A DNA stretch of 64,000 nucleotides from Polyangiales bacterium (GCA_044229975.1 JBGARZ010000005.1:96001-160000), one strand, 5' to 3'. Shown: positions 1 through 10,164, counted from the first letter of the stretch. Numbers and translations are program-made. The notes: generated by a model not told the origin, from the sequence alone.

Positions 1-1
1 C

Positions 2-2455
2 GCGGTAGGCCACCCGGCGGTGGCGCTGCGATGGCTCACGCGCTGGGCCGACGGGCTGGGTGTCGGGGTCGACGCCGGGCTGCGCCTGCGCTGCGCTGCG
101 CGGGTGGCGTGGACGGCGCAGCGTGACGCCGCGGTGGCACTCGCGTTTCTGCGCGACGCGGTGCTCGCCGACGCCGACGCCCACGAGGTGCTGCAAGACG
201 CCGACGTGATCGGCCTCGGGGCGCAGGCCATCGAGCCGTTGCTGGGCATCTACGACGACGCCATGGCGCGCGCGGCGGGCGAGCACGGGCGGCGGGCGTT
301 TGCGTACCGCCGGGCGACGGTGCTGGAGCGCGCGGGTCGCACGGTCGACGCCCTCGCGGCGCAGATCGAGCTCTTCAACGAGGCGCGCACCATCGGCGCG
401 TCGCTGCGGTCCATCGAGCGTCTCGCGGGCGCCACGGGGCAGTGGGAGCCGATGCTCGAAGCCTTCGAGGTGCTCGCCGCCGAGGCGCCCTCGACCGAGG
501 CCCGGGTGCAGTTTCTCATCCGCTGCGCCGAGGTGGCGCGGCTGCAGATGCGGTCGGCCGTGCGGGCCCTCGGCTTCGAGGTGCAGGCCTGGCAGGTGAG
601 CCGCTCGCGCGCCCTTTGGGATCGCGTCATCGACCGGGCCCGCGCGCTGCGCCCGACGCACCCGGACGAGGCGCGCGCCGCCGTCCACGCGCTCATCGAC
701 GGGGAGCTCGCCTCGGCGCAGCAGGCGTGGGACGACTCGGTGCGCGCGCTCCACTCGCTCCAGGCCCTCGACTGCGCCCTCACCGAAGCCCACGACGCCG
801 AGCGGGCCCACGCCGCCATCGGGCTCTATGTGAAGCAGCACGAGGCGCCGCGCGCCGCCCGCGCGACGGTGCTGGAGATGATCGGTCGACCGGGGGTTCC
901 CCCGGAGCTGCGTGACGCGCTGCTGGCGTCGCCGACGCTGGCCTCGGTGCCCCCGCCCGCGGAGCCCGCCGTCGACGTCACCACGCAGCCGCCGCGCTTC
1001 GGAACGCTCGAGCTCGTCATGGACGACGATGAGGAGCCCGCGCCCCGCCCGTCGAGGCGCTCGGTGGCGCCCAGGGCGCCGTCGAAGCCCGCGCCCGAGC
1101 AGCACGAGTGGATCTCCTTCGTGGCCGAGCCGCGGCCCGTCACGCCCGTCCCCAAGGCGATGCCCTCGCTGCCCACGGCCGATGCCATGCCGACGGTCAT
1201 CCCCACGGGTGACCTCGACGAGATCGAGGTCGACGAGATCGAGCCCGACCCCGCGTCGTTTGTCATCACGTCGCTGGCTCCTGGCGCGGCGCGGCGTCCG
1301 ACCCCGACGCCCGACCCCCGCGTCACCGACGCTCCGCCCGCCGAGTCGCTCCGTGACGCCGCCACGCGCGGAAACGACGCCGCCGCCGCCCTGCTCGCCG
1401 AGCGCCTCGCCGCCGAGCCCGACAACACCCACGAGGCCCTCGCCATCCAGCGCGCGCGCTTCGACGCCGACCCGACACGCTTCGACGCGCTCGACGCCAT
1501 CATCGAGCTCGTCAAGCGAGGCGACCGACGCGGCGAGGCGCTGGGCCTCTCGCAGGTGCGCGCCGTGCTCCGCGGCGAGCCCTCCGAGCTGCGCCCCCTT
1601 CATCCCGTCGAGCTCGAAGACCCGCCCGATGGCGTGGCGCGCGTGCTGCTCCCGGCGCGGCTCGGTCCCTTCGCCGAGCTCGGCGCGCTGCTCTGGGAGA
1701 GCGTCGGCGTCACCTGGCGCAAGGAGCTGCTGCGCGCCGCAGGGCGCGACGAGGGCGTGCGCGTGCCGCCCAACTCCTCGGTGGTGCGGCCGTTCCAGGC
1801 CGCGCTGCGGCTGCTCCAGATGCCCCGCACGACGGTGCTCGCGCTGCGCGACGGGCCCGTCGGGTCAGCGTCGGTCTCCGCGGCGGCCTCGCCCATCGCC
1901 CTCGTGATGTCCCTGGAGCAGGCGGCCGATACGCCCTCCGGGCACTTCGCCATGGGCCACCTCGTCGAGGCCGGGCGCACGGGGCACCTGCCCATCACGG
2001 CCGTCGCACCCGACGTCGCCGATCGCATGGTGCGCGCGCTGCTCTTCGCCTTCGGCGCGCCCTCGTCGGACAAGGTCGACCCCGCCGTGGCAGCGACCGC
2101 CGCGCAGCTCATGGACGCGACGCCCACCCGCCTGCACCGGCAGGTGCGCGCGTACGTCGAAGAGCTCGGTCCGTCGCTCACGCCCGCCCGCTGGCGTGCG
2201 GTCATCGATCAGGCGCGGGCGCGCGCCGGGCTGCTGGTGTCGGGTGACTTCCTCGAATCGACGCGGTGGCTGCTGTCGAGCGCGCCGCCCGAGGTTCCGC
2301 GCTCGCTCCCGTGGGCCTTCGTGGAGTGGGAACCCCTGCGTGACCTCCTGCGCTTCGCCGTGAGCGAGGAGTACCTGCTGCTGCGCTGGCCCAACACCGA
2401 CGGTCGCCGTCGGCGGGTGTCCTCGCGGCCCGCGCCGCCGACCGAGTCGCGCTAG
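2..2455 (+). CDS. Large helical/TPR-like myxobacterial protein, 5'-partial (C-terminal ~810 aa)
   Basis: The frame is open to the left window edge. Ala/Leu/Arg helical repeats, a Pro/acidic linker, and a C-terminal 'RAGLLVSGD...LRDLLRFAVSEEYLLLR' segment typical of giant myxobacterial TPR proteins. Confidence 0.65.
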   Translation, partial: AVGHPAVALRWLTRWADGLGVGVDAGLRLRCAARVAWTAQRDAAVALAFLRDAVLADADAHEVLQDADVIGLGAQAIEPLLGIYDDAMARAAGEHGRRAFAYRRATVLERAGRTVDALAAQIELFNEARTIGASLRSIERLAGATGQWEPMLEAFEVLAAEAPSTEARVQFLIRCAEVARLQMRSAVRALGFEVQAWQVSRSRALWDRVIDRARALRPTHPDEARAAVHALIDGELASAQQAWDDSVRALHSLQALDCALTEAHDAERAHAAIGLYVKQHEAPRAARATVLEMIGRPGVPPELRDALLASPTLASVPPPAEPAVDVTTQPPRFGTLELVMDDDEEPAPRPSRRSVAPRAPSKPAPEQHEWISFVAEPRPVTPVPKAMPSLPTADAMPTVIPTGDLDEIEVDEIEPDPASFVITSLAPGAARRPTPTPDPRVTDAPPAESLRDAATRGNDAAAALLAERLAAEPDNTHEALAIQRARFDADPTRFDALDAIIELVKRGDRRGEALGLSQVRAVLRGEPSELRPLHPVELEDPPDGVARVLLPARLGPFAELGALLWESVGVTWRKELLRAAGRDEGVRVPPNSSVVRPFQAALRLLQMPRTTVLALRDGPVGSASVSAAASPIALVMSLEQAADTPSGHFAMGHLVEAGRTGHLPITAVAPDVADRMVRALLFAFGAPSSDKVDPAVAATAAQLMDATPTRLHRQVRAYVEELGPSLTPARWRAVIDQARARAGLLVSGDFLESTRWLLSSAPPEVPRSLPWAFVEWEPLRDLLRFAVSEEYLLLRWPNTDGRRRRVSSRPAPPTESR

Positions 2456-2475
2456 CGATCAAACCCGACCGAGTC

Positions 2476-3426
2476 GTGCGCGCCCAGGTCGAGCTCACCG
2501 CCGAGTGCCCCGAATGCCACACCCGTGGCGTGTGGATCGAGCTCTACGACCCGGTGATACCCGCGACGGCGCTCGGCCTCCCCGCGCAGGCGCGCTGTCG
2601 ACTCTGCGCCGCCGAACACCTCGGCGAATGCACCCCCGGCTCCGACGGGCTCACCGCGCGGGTACGACCACCCGGGCGGTGCCCGTTCTGCGCGCACGCC
2701 CTCGACGAGGCCGACCTCGCGGCGCACATGTGCAGCCGCTGCAAGTCGCACGCGGCGATGGTGGCGTCGCGAGCGGGCGACGACCTGCGCGACCCGGCGG
2801 TGCTGGAGCGTTCGGTGCGCGCGCTGATGGCCGCCGAGGGCGACGACGAGCTCGGTGACTTCGTGCAGCGGTGCTTCAACGTCCCCGACCTCGCGGCCCT
2901 CGGAGAGCGCTACGCCCAGGGCGGCCCCGTGGACACCTCGCTCGATGGCGCGGTGGGCTTCCTCTCTGGCGCGGTGTCGCGAGCGCCGACGACGCCCCCT
3001 CCCCCGGCGCCCGTCGCGGTGGCCGCGCACGGTGACGATCGGCGCGCGATGCTCCTCGCGTTGGTGAGCGTGCTGATGGCCGATGGGCAGCGCGACCCGC
3101 GGGAGACGCCGTTGGTGGAGGCGTTTCTGAAGGCGGAGGGACTTGCGCCGCTGGCGACCGAGGAGATGCGGGTGCATCGGCCGGTGGAGGTGGCGGGGAA
3201 GGTTCCGCCGGCGCGGCGCGAGGGGCTGCTGTCGCTCATGGCGCAGCTCGCCTACGCCGACGGCATGGCCGACCCGAGCGAGGTGCGGGTGCTGCGCGCC
3301 TTCGCCGACGCCTGGGCCATGGACCAGTCCGAGGTCGACCGCTGGCTGGAGACCTACCGCCTCGCGCGACGATCGCGGCGGCAGCGGGTGCTCGATCGGC
3401 TGCGGTCGTTCTTCCTGGCGGGATAG
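2476..3426 (+). CDS. Zn-ribbon + TerB-like (tellurite resistance B fold) protein
   Basis: Four CxxC pairs (CPEC, CRLC, CPFC, CSRC) at the N-terminus. The C-terminal half has two TerB-type 'ADG...E' motifs (MADGQRDPRE, YADGMADPSE). Confidence 0.7.
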   Translation: MRAQVELTAECPECHTRGVWIELYDPVIPATALGLPAQARCRLCAAEHLGECTPGSDGLTARVRPPGRCPFCAHALDEADLAAHMCSRCKSHAAMVASRAGDDLRDPAVLERSVRALMAAEGDDELGDFVQRCFNVPDLAALGERYAQGGPVDTSLDGAVGFLSGAVSRAPTTPPPPAPVAVAAHGDDRRAMLLALVSVLMADGQRDPRETPLVEAFLKAEGLAPLATEEMRVHRPVEVAGKVPPARREGLLSLMAQLAYADGMADPSEVRVLRAFADAWAMDQSEVDRWLETYRLARRSRRQRVLDRLRSFFLAG

Positions 3427-3448
3427 GCGCTACCATCGCGGCATCGCG

Positions 3449-4450
3449 ATGAGTGAGACGACGACGGTGGGGGTGGGCGGAGGCGCGCAGACGGCCGAGG
3501 CGCAGCGCGACGGCGTGGCGGGCTCCATCGCGAAGGTGCAGCAGCAGTTCGACCTGGTGATGGACAACGTTCGCCGGGTCATCGTCGGCAAGGACGACGT
3601 CATCGCGCGGCTGCTGGTGGCGATGACGGCGCGCGGGCACGTGCTGTTGAGGGATGTGCCGGGCGTCGGAAAGACCATGCTCGCGCGCAGCGTGGCGGCG
3701 TCGATGGCGTGCGTGTTCAAGCGCATCCAGTTCACGCCCGACCTGCTGCCGATGGACGTCACCGGGTCCAACGTGTTCGACATGCGGCGACGGGTGTTCG
3801 AGTTTCAGCGGGGCCCGGTGTTCACCAACCTGCTGCTGGCCGACGAGGTGAATCGCGCGCCGCCGAAGACCCAGAGCGCGCTGCTCGAAGTGATGGAAGA
3901 GCGGCAGGTCACCGTCGAGGGCGAGACCCACAAGCTCGACGAGCCCTTCCAGGTCATCGCCACCATGAACCCGCTCGACCACGAAGGGACCTATCCCCTC
4001 CCCGCGGCCCAGATGGACCGCTTCATGGTCATGCTCTCCCTCGGCTACCCCGCCGAGGCCGCCGAGGTGCACATGCTCGGCGTCCACCTCCAGCCCGACG
4101 CCCCCATCACGAGCCTCCAACCCGTCATCACCCGCGACGACTTCCTCGGCTGGCAACGAACCGTCCCCATGATCTTCATGAGCGACGAGCTCAAGCGCTA
4201 CACCGTCGCCGTGGTGCAGTCCCTCCGCGGCGACCCGCGCAACCTCCAGTCCATCTCGCCGCGCTCCACGATCCAGCTCGCCCGCGCATCCCAGGCCCGC
4301 GCCATGCTCAAGGGCCGCGACTACGTCGTCGCCGAAGACATCCACGCCGTCGCGCCCGACGTCATGGGCCACCGCGTGCTGCTCGCCGACGGGCGCGCGG
4401 GCCGCGAGTTCGTCATCGAGGCCATGCACCGGGTCGCCGTCCCGCGATGA
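3449..4450 (+). CDS. moxR: MoxR-family AAA+ ATPase
   Basis: GHVLLRDVPGVGKT (Walker A), RIQFTPDLLPMD, LLADEVNRAPPKTQSALLE and ATMNP...EGTYPLP..Q.DRF signatures. Start reassigned to the ATG at 3449. Confidence 0.93.
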   Translation: MSETTTVGVGGGAQTAEAQRDGVAGSIAKVQQQFDLVMDNVRRVIVGKDDVIARLLVAMTARGHVLLRDVPGVGKTMLARSVAASMACVFKRIQFTPDLLPMDVTGSNVFDMRRRVFEFQRGPVFTNLLLADEVNRAPPKTQSALLEVMEERQVTVEGETHKLDEPFQVIATMNPLDHEGTYPLPAAQMDRFMVMLSLGYPAEAAEVHMLGVHLQPDAPITSLQPVITRDDFLGWQRTVPMIFMSDELKRYTVAVVQSLRGDPRNLQSISPRSTIQLARASQARAMLKGRDYVVAEDIHAVAPDVMGHRVLLADGRAGREFVIEAMHRVAVPR

Positions 4451-6135
4451 ACCCGCCTCCCCGCGGCCCCATCGCCTGGCTCGCCGCGCGGGTGCTCGCC
4501 AACACGCTGTTGCTCGCGTCGCTGCCCTTCATCATCGGCGGGCTCGCGGGCTTCTTCGCCGAGGTGTCGCAGGTCAGCGAGACGCTCCCGCGACTCATCG
4601 AGCGGGCCACCGTGGTGCTGCTCCCGCTCCAGGTGGTGCAGGGGGTCTGCGTCTTCGTGAAGGTGCGGCGGGAGCTCTCGCTCACCGACGCCACACCCAC
4701 GGCGCGCGCGGTGCTGGAGAGCGCGCTGCGGCACGTGCGGGTGATGACCGACAAGGGCTTCGGGCTCTTCGTCGGCGCGCTCGTCGCGGTGGTGCTCTCG
4801 CTCACGCTCAAGTTCGCCGAGCTCGGGGTCATCGCCGTGCTCGGGCTCAGCACCCTCTACGCCGTCGTCACCGCGGGCGTGCTGCTCAGCACCGTGGTGG
4901 CGCAGCGCTTCGAAGAGCGCCTCGCCGCGAGGGGCGGCGTCATCGGGAGGGAGTTTGCCCCGGTGGTGGTGGAGTCCGGCGAGAGCGTCGAGGAGCACTT
5001 CCATTTCGAGGGCGTTCCGGTGCCGCCGGGCTTCGTGGTGGAGGTGTTTCAGCGGTTGCCGGCGCGGCTCGCCACCGAGAGCCGTCACGTGGTCGGCGCC
5101 GACGTCTCCATGCGCCGCGTGACGCTGTCGCGCCCCCTCCACCGAACGCCCCGTGGCGACTACCGCATCCCCCCGGCGAGCGTGGCGTTTACCGACCTCT
5201 TCGGGCTCACGCGGGTAGCGATCGCGCAGGCGGCCGAGGCCCGGCTGAGGGTGCTGCCGCGGCTCTACCCGGTGGCGCTCACGGCGGCGCCGCGCTCGCA
5301 CGCCCGGCAGGAGGGCGCCCTCTCGGTGCTGCGGCGCGCGCCGACCGAAGACTGGTTTCGCGTTCGCGAGTACCAGTCGGGCGACGACACCCGGCGCATG
5401 CACTGGAAGCTCAGCGTGAAGCTCGGGCACCTCCAGGTGCGGCAGCCCGAGACGGTCCCGGTGGTGCGGCGACGCGTGCGGCTGGTGCTCGACACGTACC
5501 TCCCCGAGTCCATCGCCAAGGGCGAGGAGGTCGACCTGGTGCTGGGGGACGTTCTCGACCGGCTCGTGGAGCTGTGGATCTCCCTGGCGCGCACCCTGGT
5601 CGAGCGCGGCGAATCGGTGCAGCTCACGGTGGCGACGGGCGAGGCCGAGCGGCCGACCGAGACCATGGAGCTCACCCGCGGCGCGCAGGCACGACTGCTG
5701 GAGCTGGGCTCGCGGGTGCAGTGGCAGTCGCAGACGGACTTCACCCAGGTGGGCGACGCACCCGAGCGGGGGCAGTTCATGGTGGTGGTGACGGCGAGGT
5801 TTCTGCCGCTGCCCCAACTGCCAGCACCGGCGGGGGCGGCGGTGACCTGGGTGTTTCTGCCGGTGGCGGACGAGATTCCGACGGCGCTCCCGAAGCGGAC
5901 GTTGGAGAGCGTGCTGTCGTTCTTCACGCAGCCCTTCGCACCGGGCGCCGAGGAGAACTCGCTCGTCGCGTCGCTGCGCCGGGGCAACGCACGGCGATCG
6001 CTGGAGACCGTTCGCGCCCACACGGCGCACCTCACGGCCGAAGGGTCGGCCATCGCCGAGGCGACGCTGCGAGCGCGGGGCGAGGTGTTCTATCGGGTGT
6101 CGCGCAGCGGCGTGGCGTACATGCTGGGCGGCTGA
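4447..6135 (+). CDS. DUF58 domain membrane protein (MoxR partner)
   Basis: ATGA overlap with moxR. N-terminal TM helices, then 'RGDY...TDLFGL' and 'VREYQSGDDTRRMHWKLS' DUF58 motifs. Confidence 0.85.
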   Translation: MNPPPRGPIAWLAARVLANTLLLASLPFIIGGLAGFFAEVSQVSETLPRLIERATVVLLPLQVVQGVCVFVKVRRELSLTDATPTARAVLESALRHVRVMTDKGFGLFVGALVAVVLSLTLKFAELGVIAVLGLSTLYAVVTAGVLLSTVVAQRFEERLAARGGVIGREFAPVVVESGESVEEHFHFEGVPVPPGFVVEVFQRLPARLATESRHVVGADVSMRRVTLSRPLHRTPRGDYRIPPASVAFTDLFGLTRVAIAQAAEARLRVLPRLYPVALTAAPRSHARQEGALSVLRRAPTEDWFRVREYQSGDDTRRMHWKLSVKLGHLQVRQPETVPVVRRRVRLVLDTYLPESIAKGEEVDLVLGDVLDRLVELWISLARTLVERGESVQLTVATGEAERPTETMELTRGAQARLLELGSRVQWQSQTDFTQVGDAPERGQFMVVVTARFLPLPQLPAPAGAAVTWVFLPVADEIPTALPKRTLESVLSFFTQPFAPGAEENSLVASLRRGNARRSLETVRAHTAHLTAEGSAIAEATLRARGEVFYRVSRSGVAYMLGG

Positions 6136-6189
6136 GGTCACCATCATCGTCCCCTATGGCCGCACGCGCCTTCCGGTATCCTCCGCCGC

Positions 6190-7161
6190 GTGCGGACCTC
6201 GGGTGTCCTCCTCGCGCTCGCCTTGAGTCTGCCGCGCGTCGCGTGGGCCCAGGACGCCCTCGACCTCACGTGGACGTCCCCGGCGGGCTGCCCCACCCGC
6301 GGCGACGTGGTCGCCCTCGCCACCCGACTGCGGCCCGCGCTCGATCGCGATCACTCCGACCTGCATGTCGAAGCCACCGTCACCACGGCGCCCCGTTCTC
6401 GTTGGCGCGTGCGCGTCCGCACGGAGGCGGGCGGCGAGGTCGGGGTGCGGGTCCTCGAAGCCCGCACCTGCGCCCAGCTCGGCGAGGCGACCGCCGTGGT
6501 GCTGGCCCTCGCCTTCGACACGCTGCCTGACGCGCCGCCACCGCGTACCCGACCGACGCTCCCCGACTCGGTCGAGCAGATCGACGACCCCGAGGCCGCG
6601 CCCTTCCGTCGGCCCGTGATGCCTCTACCGCTCCCACCCCGCGGGCGAACGCGCTTCGACCTCGGTCTCCACGCAACCGTCGACCCTCTCACCTTCAGCG
6701 CGCTCGCGGTGCACGTCGGCCTGCACGGCGCTCTCTCGCGGGGAATGCTGCGCGCCGAGCTCGGCCTCGCGTGGCAGCTCCCGACCACCGCCGACGGGAC
6801 GCGCGCGGGCACCGGCGCGGAGGTGATGGCGGCCACCGTGACGGCGCGTGGGTGCTTGATGCGCGCCCGCGAGGTGGTGTCCGTGGGGCTCTGCGCGACC
6901 TTCGTGGGCGGGACGATGTGGGCGACGGCCTTCGGTCTCCAGCGCAATGACACCGCCCTCGTGCCGTGGGCGTCGGCGGGCGGCGGCGCGGTGCTGCGGG
7001 TGGCCGTGGCGCGGGGCCGCGTCGCGGGGCTGTTGCATGTCGACGGGGTGGCGCACCTGACGAGGCCGACCTTCGTGGTGCAGGGGCGAACGGATGACGC
7101 GGGAGCGATCCCGGCGCTCGGGCTCCTCGCGGGCCTCGGCGTCGAAGTGCGATGGCCGTGA
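6190..7161 (+). CDS. Secreted hypothetical protein with C-terminal beta-barrel-like region; first gene of the ECF operon
   Basis: Signal peptide (..VAWA-QD), 'W..PAGCP', 'R...C..L..A.A...ALA', Pro linker and amphipathic beta strands ending 'GLGVEVRWP'. Confidence 0.6.
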   Translation: MRTSGVLLALALSLPRVAWAQDALDLTWTSPAGCPTRGDVVALATRLRPALDRDHSDLHVEATVTTAPRSRWRVRVRTEAGGEVGVRVLEARTCAQLGEATAVVLALAFDTLPDAPPPRTRPTLPDSVEQIDDPEAAPFRRPVMPLPLPPRGRTRFDLGLHATVDPLTFSALAVHVGLHGALSRGMLRAELGLAWQLPTTADGTRAGTGAEVMAATVTARGCLMRAREVVSVGLCATFVGGTMWATAFGLQRNDTALVPWASAGGGAVLRVAVARGRVAGLLHVDGVAHLTRPTFVVQGRTDDAGAIPALGLLAGLGVEVRWP

Positions 7162-7748
7162 CGGAACCCTCCGTCCCCGGCCACTCCCCCGGCACGATGG
7201 AGCCTGCGACCGCGACGACGGAGCCGGTTGCCCGTGATTTCGATGCGATCTACCGCGAACACTTCCCTTTCGTCTGGCGCAACCTCCGGCGGCTCGGGGT
7301 CGCCGAGGCCCACGTCGAGGACGCCGCGCAGGAGGTCTGGGTCGTGGTTCACCGTCGCTTGAAGGACTTCGAGGGGCGGTCGTCGGTGCGGACGTGGCTC
7401 TTCGGCATCGCCATGCGCACCGCCAGCGACCACCGCCGATGGCGCCGCCGGAAGGACCCGCGTGACCGCGACGACGACGTGGACGCCGTGGCTTCGCACA
7501 CCCCATCGCCCGAGGAGCTCACCGAGCGAGCGCAGGCCGCGCGGGCGCTCGACCGACTGCTCGACGCCATCCCCGAGGAGCGGCGGGCGGTTTTCGTACT
7601 GGCCGAGCTCGAACAGATGTCGGCGCCCGAGATCGCCTTGTCGGTGGGCGTTCCGCTCAACACCGTCTACTCGCGGCTGCGGGTCGCCCGCGCTGAGTTC
7701 GAGGCCGCCGCCCAACGCTATCGCTCCACCACGGAACTACCGCGATGA
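7152..7748 (+). CDS. ECF-type RNA polymerase sigma-70 factor
   Basis: Region 2 'EDAAQEVWVVVHRRLKDFEGRSSVRTWLFGIA' and region 4 'RAVFVLAELEQMSAPEIA..VGVPLNTVYSRLRVAR'. The true start may be 7158 or 7197. Confidence 0.93.
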   Translation: MAVTEPSVPGHSPGTMEPATATTEPVARDFDAIYREHFPFVWRNLRRLGVAEAHVEDAAQEVWVVVHRRLKDFEGRSSVRTWLFGIAMRTASDHRRWRRRKDPRDRDDDVDAVASHTPSPEELTERAQAARALDRLLDAIPEERRAVFVLAELEQMSAPEIALSVGVPLNTVYSRLRVARAEFEAAAQRYRSTTELPR

Positions 7749-8383
7749 CCGACCTCTCCCCCGACACGCGAGCGCTCCTCGCCTCCCTCGCCGTGAGCCA
7801 CGACCCGCCGCCCGACGCCGCCGAGCGGGTTCGTGCACGGGTGGCCGCCCAGGCCGCCGTGGCCCCGACGGTCGGACCGCGCCCGTGGTGGCTCGCAGCG
7901 GTCGGTCTCGGTGTCGTGGCGGTGATCGCGGCGTGGTGGTCGACGCGAGCCCCCGCAGCCGTGCCCGTGGTTGCTGCTCCGCGAACGGTCGCGACGGTGG
8001 TGGAGCCGGCCGCACCGCCCGCGAGGGTGGTGGCACCTCCCGTGGTGGCAGCGGCGCCCGCGCTCGTTGCGCCGGTGGTGGTGGCTCCGAGGCCCGCGAG
8101 GGTGGCGGAGCGCGACGACCTCGCCGCGGAGCTGCGGCTGATCCAGCAGGCGCAGACCGCCCTCGCGGGAAGCGACATGGCGGGCGCGCAGGCGGCGTTG
8201 CGGAGCCACGCGCGAACCTTCCCGCACGGTCACCTGGTCGAAGAACGCGAGGCCCTCGGGGTGCAGGTGCTCTGCGCGTCGGGGCGGACGGAAGAAGCCC
8301 GGCGAGCGGGCGCGGCCTTCGTGGCGAGGCACCCGGGTTCACCGCAGGTGGGAAGGGTGAGGCGGACGTGCGCGGCTCCGTGA
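7745..8383 (+). CDS. Putative anti-sigma factor (single TM, Pro-rich linker, C-terminal TPR-like helices)
   Basis: ATGA-coupled to the sigma gene, one TM helix, and C-terminal 'LAAELRLI..A..AL...A...H...FP.G.L.EEREAL...LC..GR'. Confidence 0.7.
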   Translation: MTDLSPDTRALLASLAVSHDPPPDAAERVRARVAAQAAVAPTVGPRPWWLAAVGLGVVAVIAAWWSTRAPAAVPVVAAPRTVATVVEPAAPPARVVAPPVVAAAPALVAPVVVAPRPARVAERDDLAAELRLIQQAQTALAGSDMAGAQAALRSHARTFPHGHLVEEREALGVQVLCASGRTEEARRAGAAFVARHPGSPQVGRVRRTCAAP

Positions 8384-9657
8384 AGGGCGTACTCGCCACG
8401 CTCGCGCTCCTGTGCGGCTGCCGTTGGGACGTCGTGATTGGTTCCGATGGCCTCGCGCTGTCGACCGACGATGCCGGCGCGATGGACGCCTCGACCGGGG
8501 ACGTTGCACCCGCGGTCGATGCCGTCGACGTGGTCGCCGTCGATCGTGGGTTTGCGCCTGATCGGCCCGACGTCCCGGTGGTGGTCGATGTGCCGGAGGT
8601 ACCGATGGGGACCATCCGAGCGGTGGCGATCGGCGGCGACTTCCTGTGCATCGTGCGCTCGGAGGGCTCGGTGTGGTGCCGCGGCGACAACACCCACGGC
8701 GCGCTCGGCGACGGAACGACCGCCGCGACGAGCGAGCAGGTGCGCGTGCAGGGCATCGGCCCGGTGGCGTCGATGGTGGCGGGGCGGCGACACGCGTGCG
8801 CGATGTTGTCGGCGGGCGGCGTTCGGTGCTGGGGCGCCAACGACCGCGGGCAGCTCGGCGACGGCACCACCATCGACCGACCGACGCCGGTGGCGCCGGC
8901 GGGCATCCCGGATGTCGAAGCGGTCACCGCCGGGGCGGCGCACACCTGCGTTCGAACCGGCGTGGTGGTGCGCTGCGCAGGCGCCAACGAGCACGGCCAG
9001 CTTGGGGATGGGACCGGCACCGACCGCGCGACCTTCGTCCCGGTGAGCGGAACCTACGGGCGCGTGGAGGCGGGCGGAGCGTTCACGCTGGCGGAGACGG
9101 CCGGAGGGATGCTCGTCGCGTGGGGCGCCAATGACCACGGGCAGCTCGGCGACGGGACCACCACCGACCGCCCGATGCCGGGAGCGGTCGCGGGCGCAGC
9201 GGCGGCGGGGCGGGTGCTCGCGGTGGGTGACGCGCACGCGCTGGCGCGGGTGGCCGACGGGACGACCTACGCATGGGGAGACAACGCCCAGGGGGCATTG
9301 GGAGACGGCTCCACGACGGAGCGACGGACGCCCGTGGAGGTGGCGGCGTGGCGCGAGTCGACGTCGGTGCGGGCGGGGCGCGGGTTCACCTGCGGCGACG
9401 GCACTGCCGTGGCGATGCGATGCACCGGCGCCAACGATCTGGGTCAGGTGGGCGACGACAGCGGGATGGCGCGCAGCACGCCCGTGGTGGTGGCGGTGTC
9501 GCCACGGGGTCCCGTCGCGTTCAAGGCGGCGGGCTTCGACCGGGCGTGCGCCGCGCCATCGCCCGCGGAGCTGTGGTGCTGGGGCGACAACGCGCTCGGG
9601 CAACTGGGTCCGGCCGCGGAGACGCGACAGCTACGACCGGTGCTCGTCGGGCGCTGA
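8380..9657 (+). CDS. RCC1-repeat (beta-propeller) lipoprotein
   Basis: GTGA overlap with the previous gene, a lipobox-like LLCGC, and about seven 'CWG.N..GQLGDG' repeats. Confidence 0.88.
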   Translation: MKGVLATLALLCGCRWDVVIGSDGLALSTDDAGAMDASTGDVAPAVDAVDVVAVDRGFAPDRPDVPVVVDVPEVPMGTIRAVAIGGDFLCIVRSEGSVWCRGDNTHGALGDGTTAATSEQVRVQGIGPVASMVAGRRHACAMLSAGGVRCWGANDRGQLGDGTTIDRPTPVAPAGIPDVEAVTAGAAHTCVRTGVVVRCAGANEHGQLGDGTGTDRATFVPVSGTYGRVEAGGAFTLAETAGGMLVAWGANDHGQLGDGTTTDRPMPGAVAGAAAAGRVLAVGDAHALARVADGTTYAWGDNAQGALGDGSTTERRTPVEVAAWRESTSVRAGRGFTCGDGTAVAMRCTGANDLGQVGDDSGMARSTPVVVAVSPRGPVAFKAAGFDRACAAPSPAELWCWGDNALGQLGPAAETRQLRPVLVGR

Positions 9658-9707
9658 TCGGATCGCTGGAAGCTCCGAACCGACAAGCGGGTTCGCGACC
9701 CATCGTC

Positions 9708-10094
9708 ATGACCATGCCCTCCTGCGTTCGCTTCGTGCCGTCGCGTGTCGAGGGATGGCCCGATGTCCGCGAGGTTGTCTTCCATGGCGATCACCTCGAC
9801 GTCCTCTGCGGGGACGTCTGGCAGCGCATCGACTACGCCTCGATCGCGCGATCGCAGGAGCCGCGATGGATCGCGCTGTTGCGCCGAGCATTGGGACGTC
9901 GCCCGACGCCGCGATTGGTGGCCGACCGTGACTGGTTCAAGGCGCCACCTGATCGATCGCTGACCCTGTACACGCGGCCGCCGCTGCTCATCTGCATGCC
10001 CGACGACGAGCCCGTCGATCACGACGCGAGCTACTTCTGGCGGGTGCAGCAGGTCATCCGCGCCGGCGGGTACGTGACCTGGGACGGCGGCTGA
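9708..10094 (+). CDS. Hypothetical protein (128 aa)
   Basis: ATG at 9708. Globular, aromatic-rich composition unlike the shadow ORFs; no family recognised. Confidence 0.55.
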   Translation: MTMPSCVRFVPSRVEGWPDVREVVFHGDHLDVLCGDVWQRIDYASIARSQEPRWIALLRRALGRRPTPRLVADRDWFKAPPDRSLTLYTRPPLLICMPDDEPVDHDASYFWRVQQVIRAGGYVTWDGG

Positions 10095-10164
10095 CCAAAG
10101 ACCTGGTTGCGAAGACGGTGACTGCGGCTGCGACTCTTTTCCTGACGGTGGGAGTGGGGGGTCG

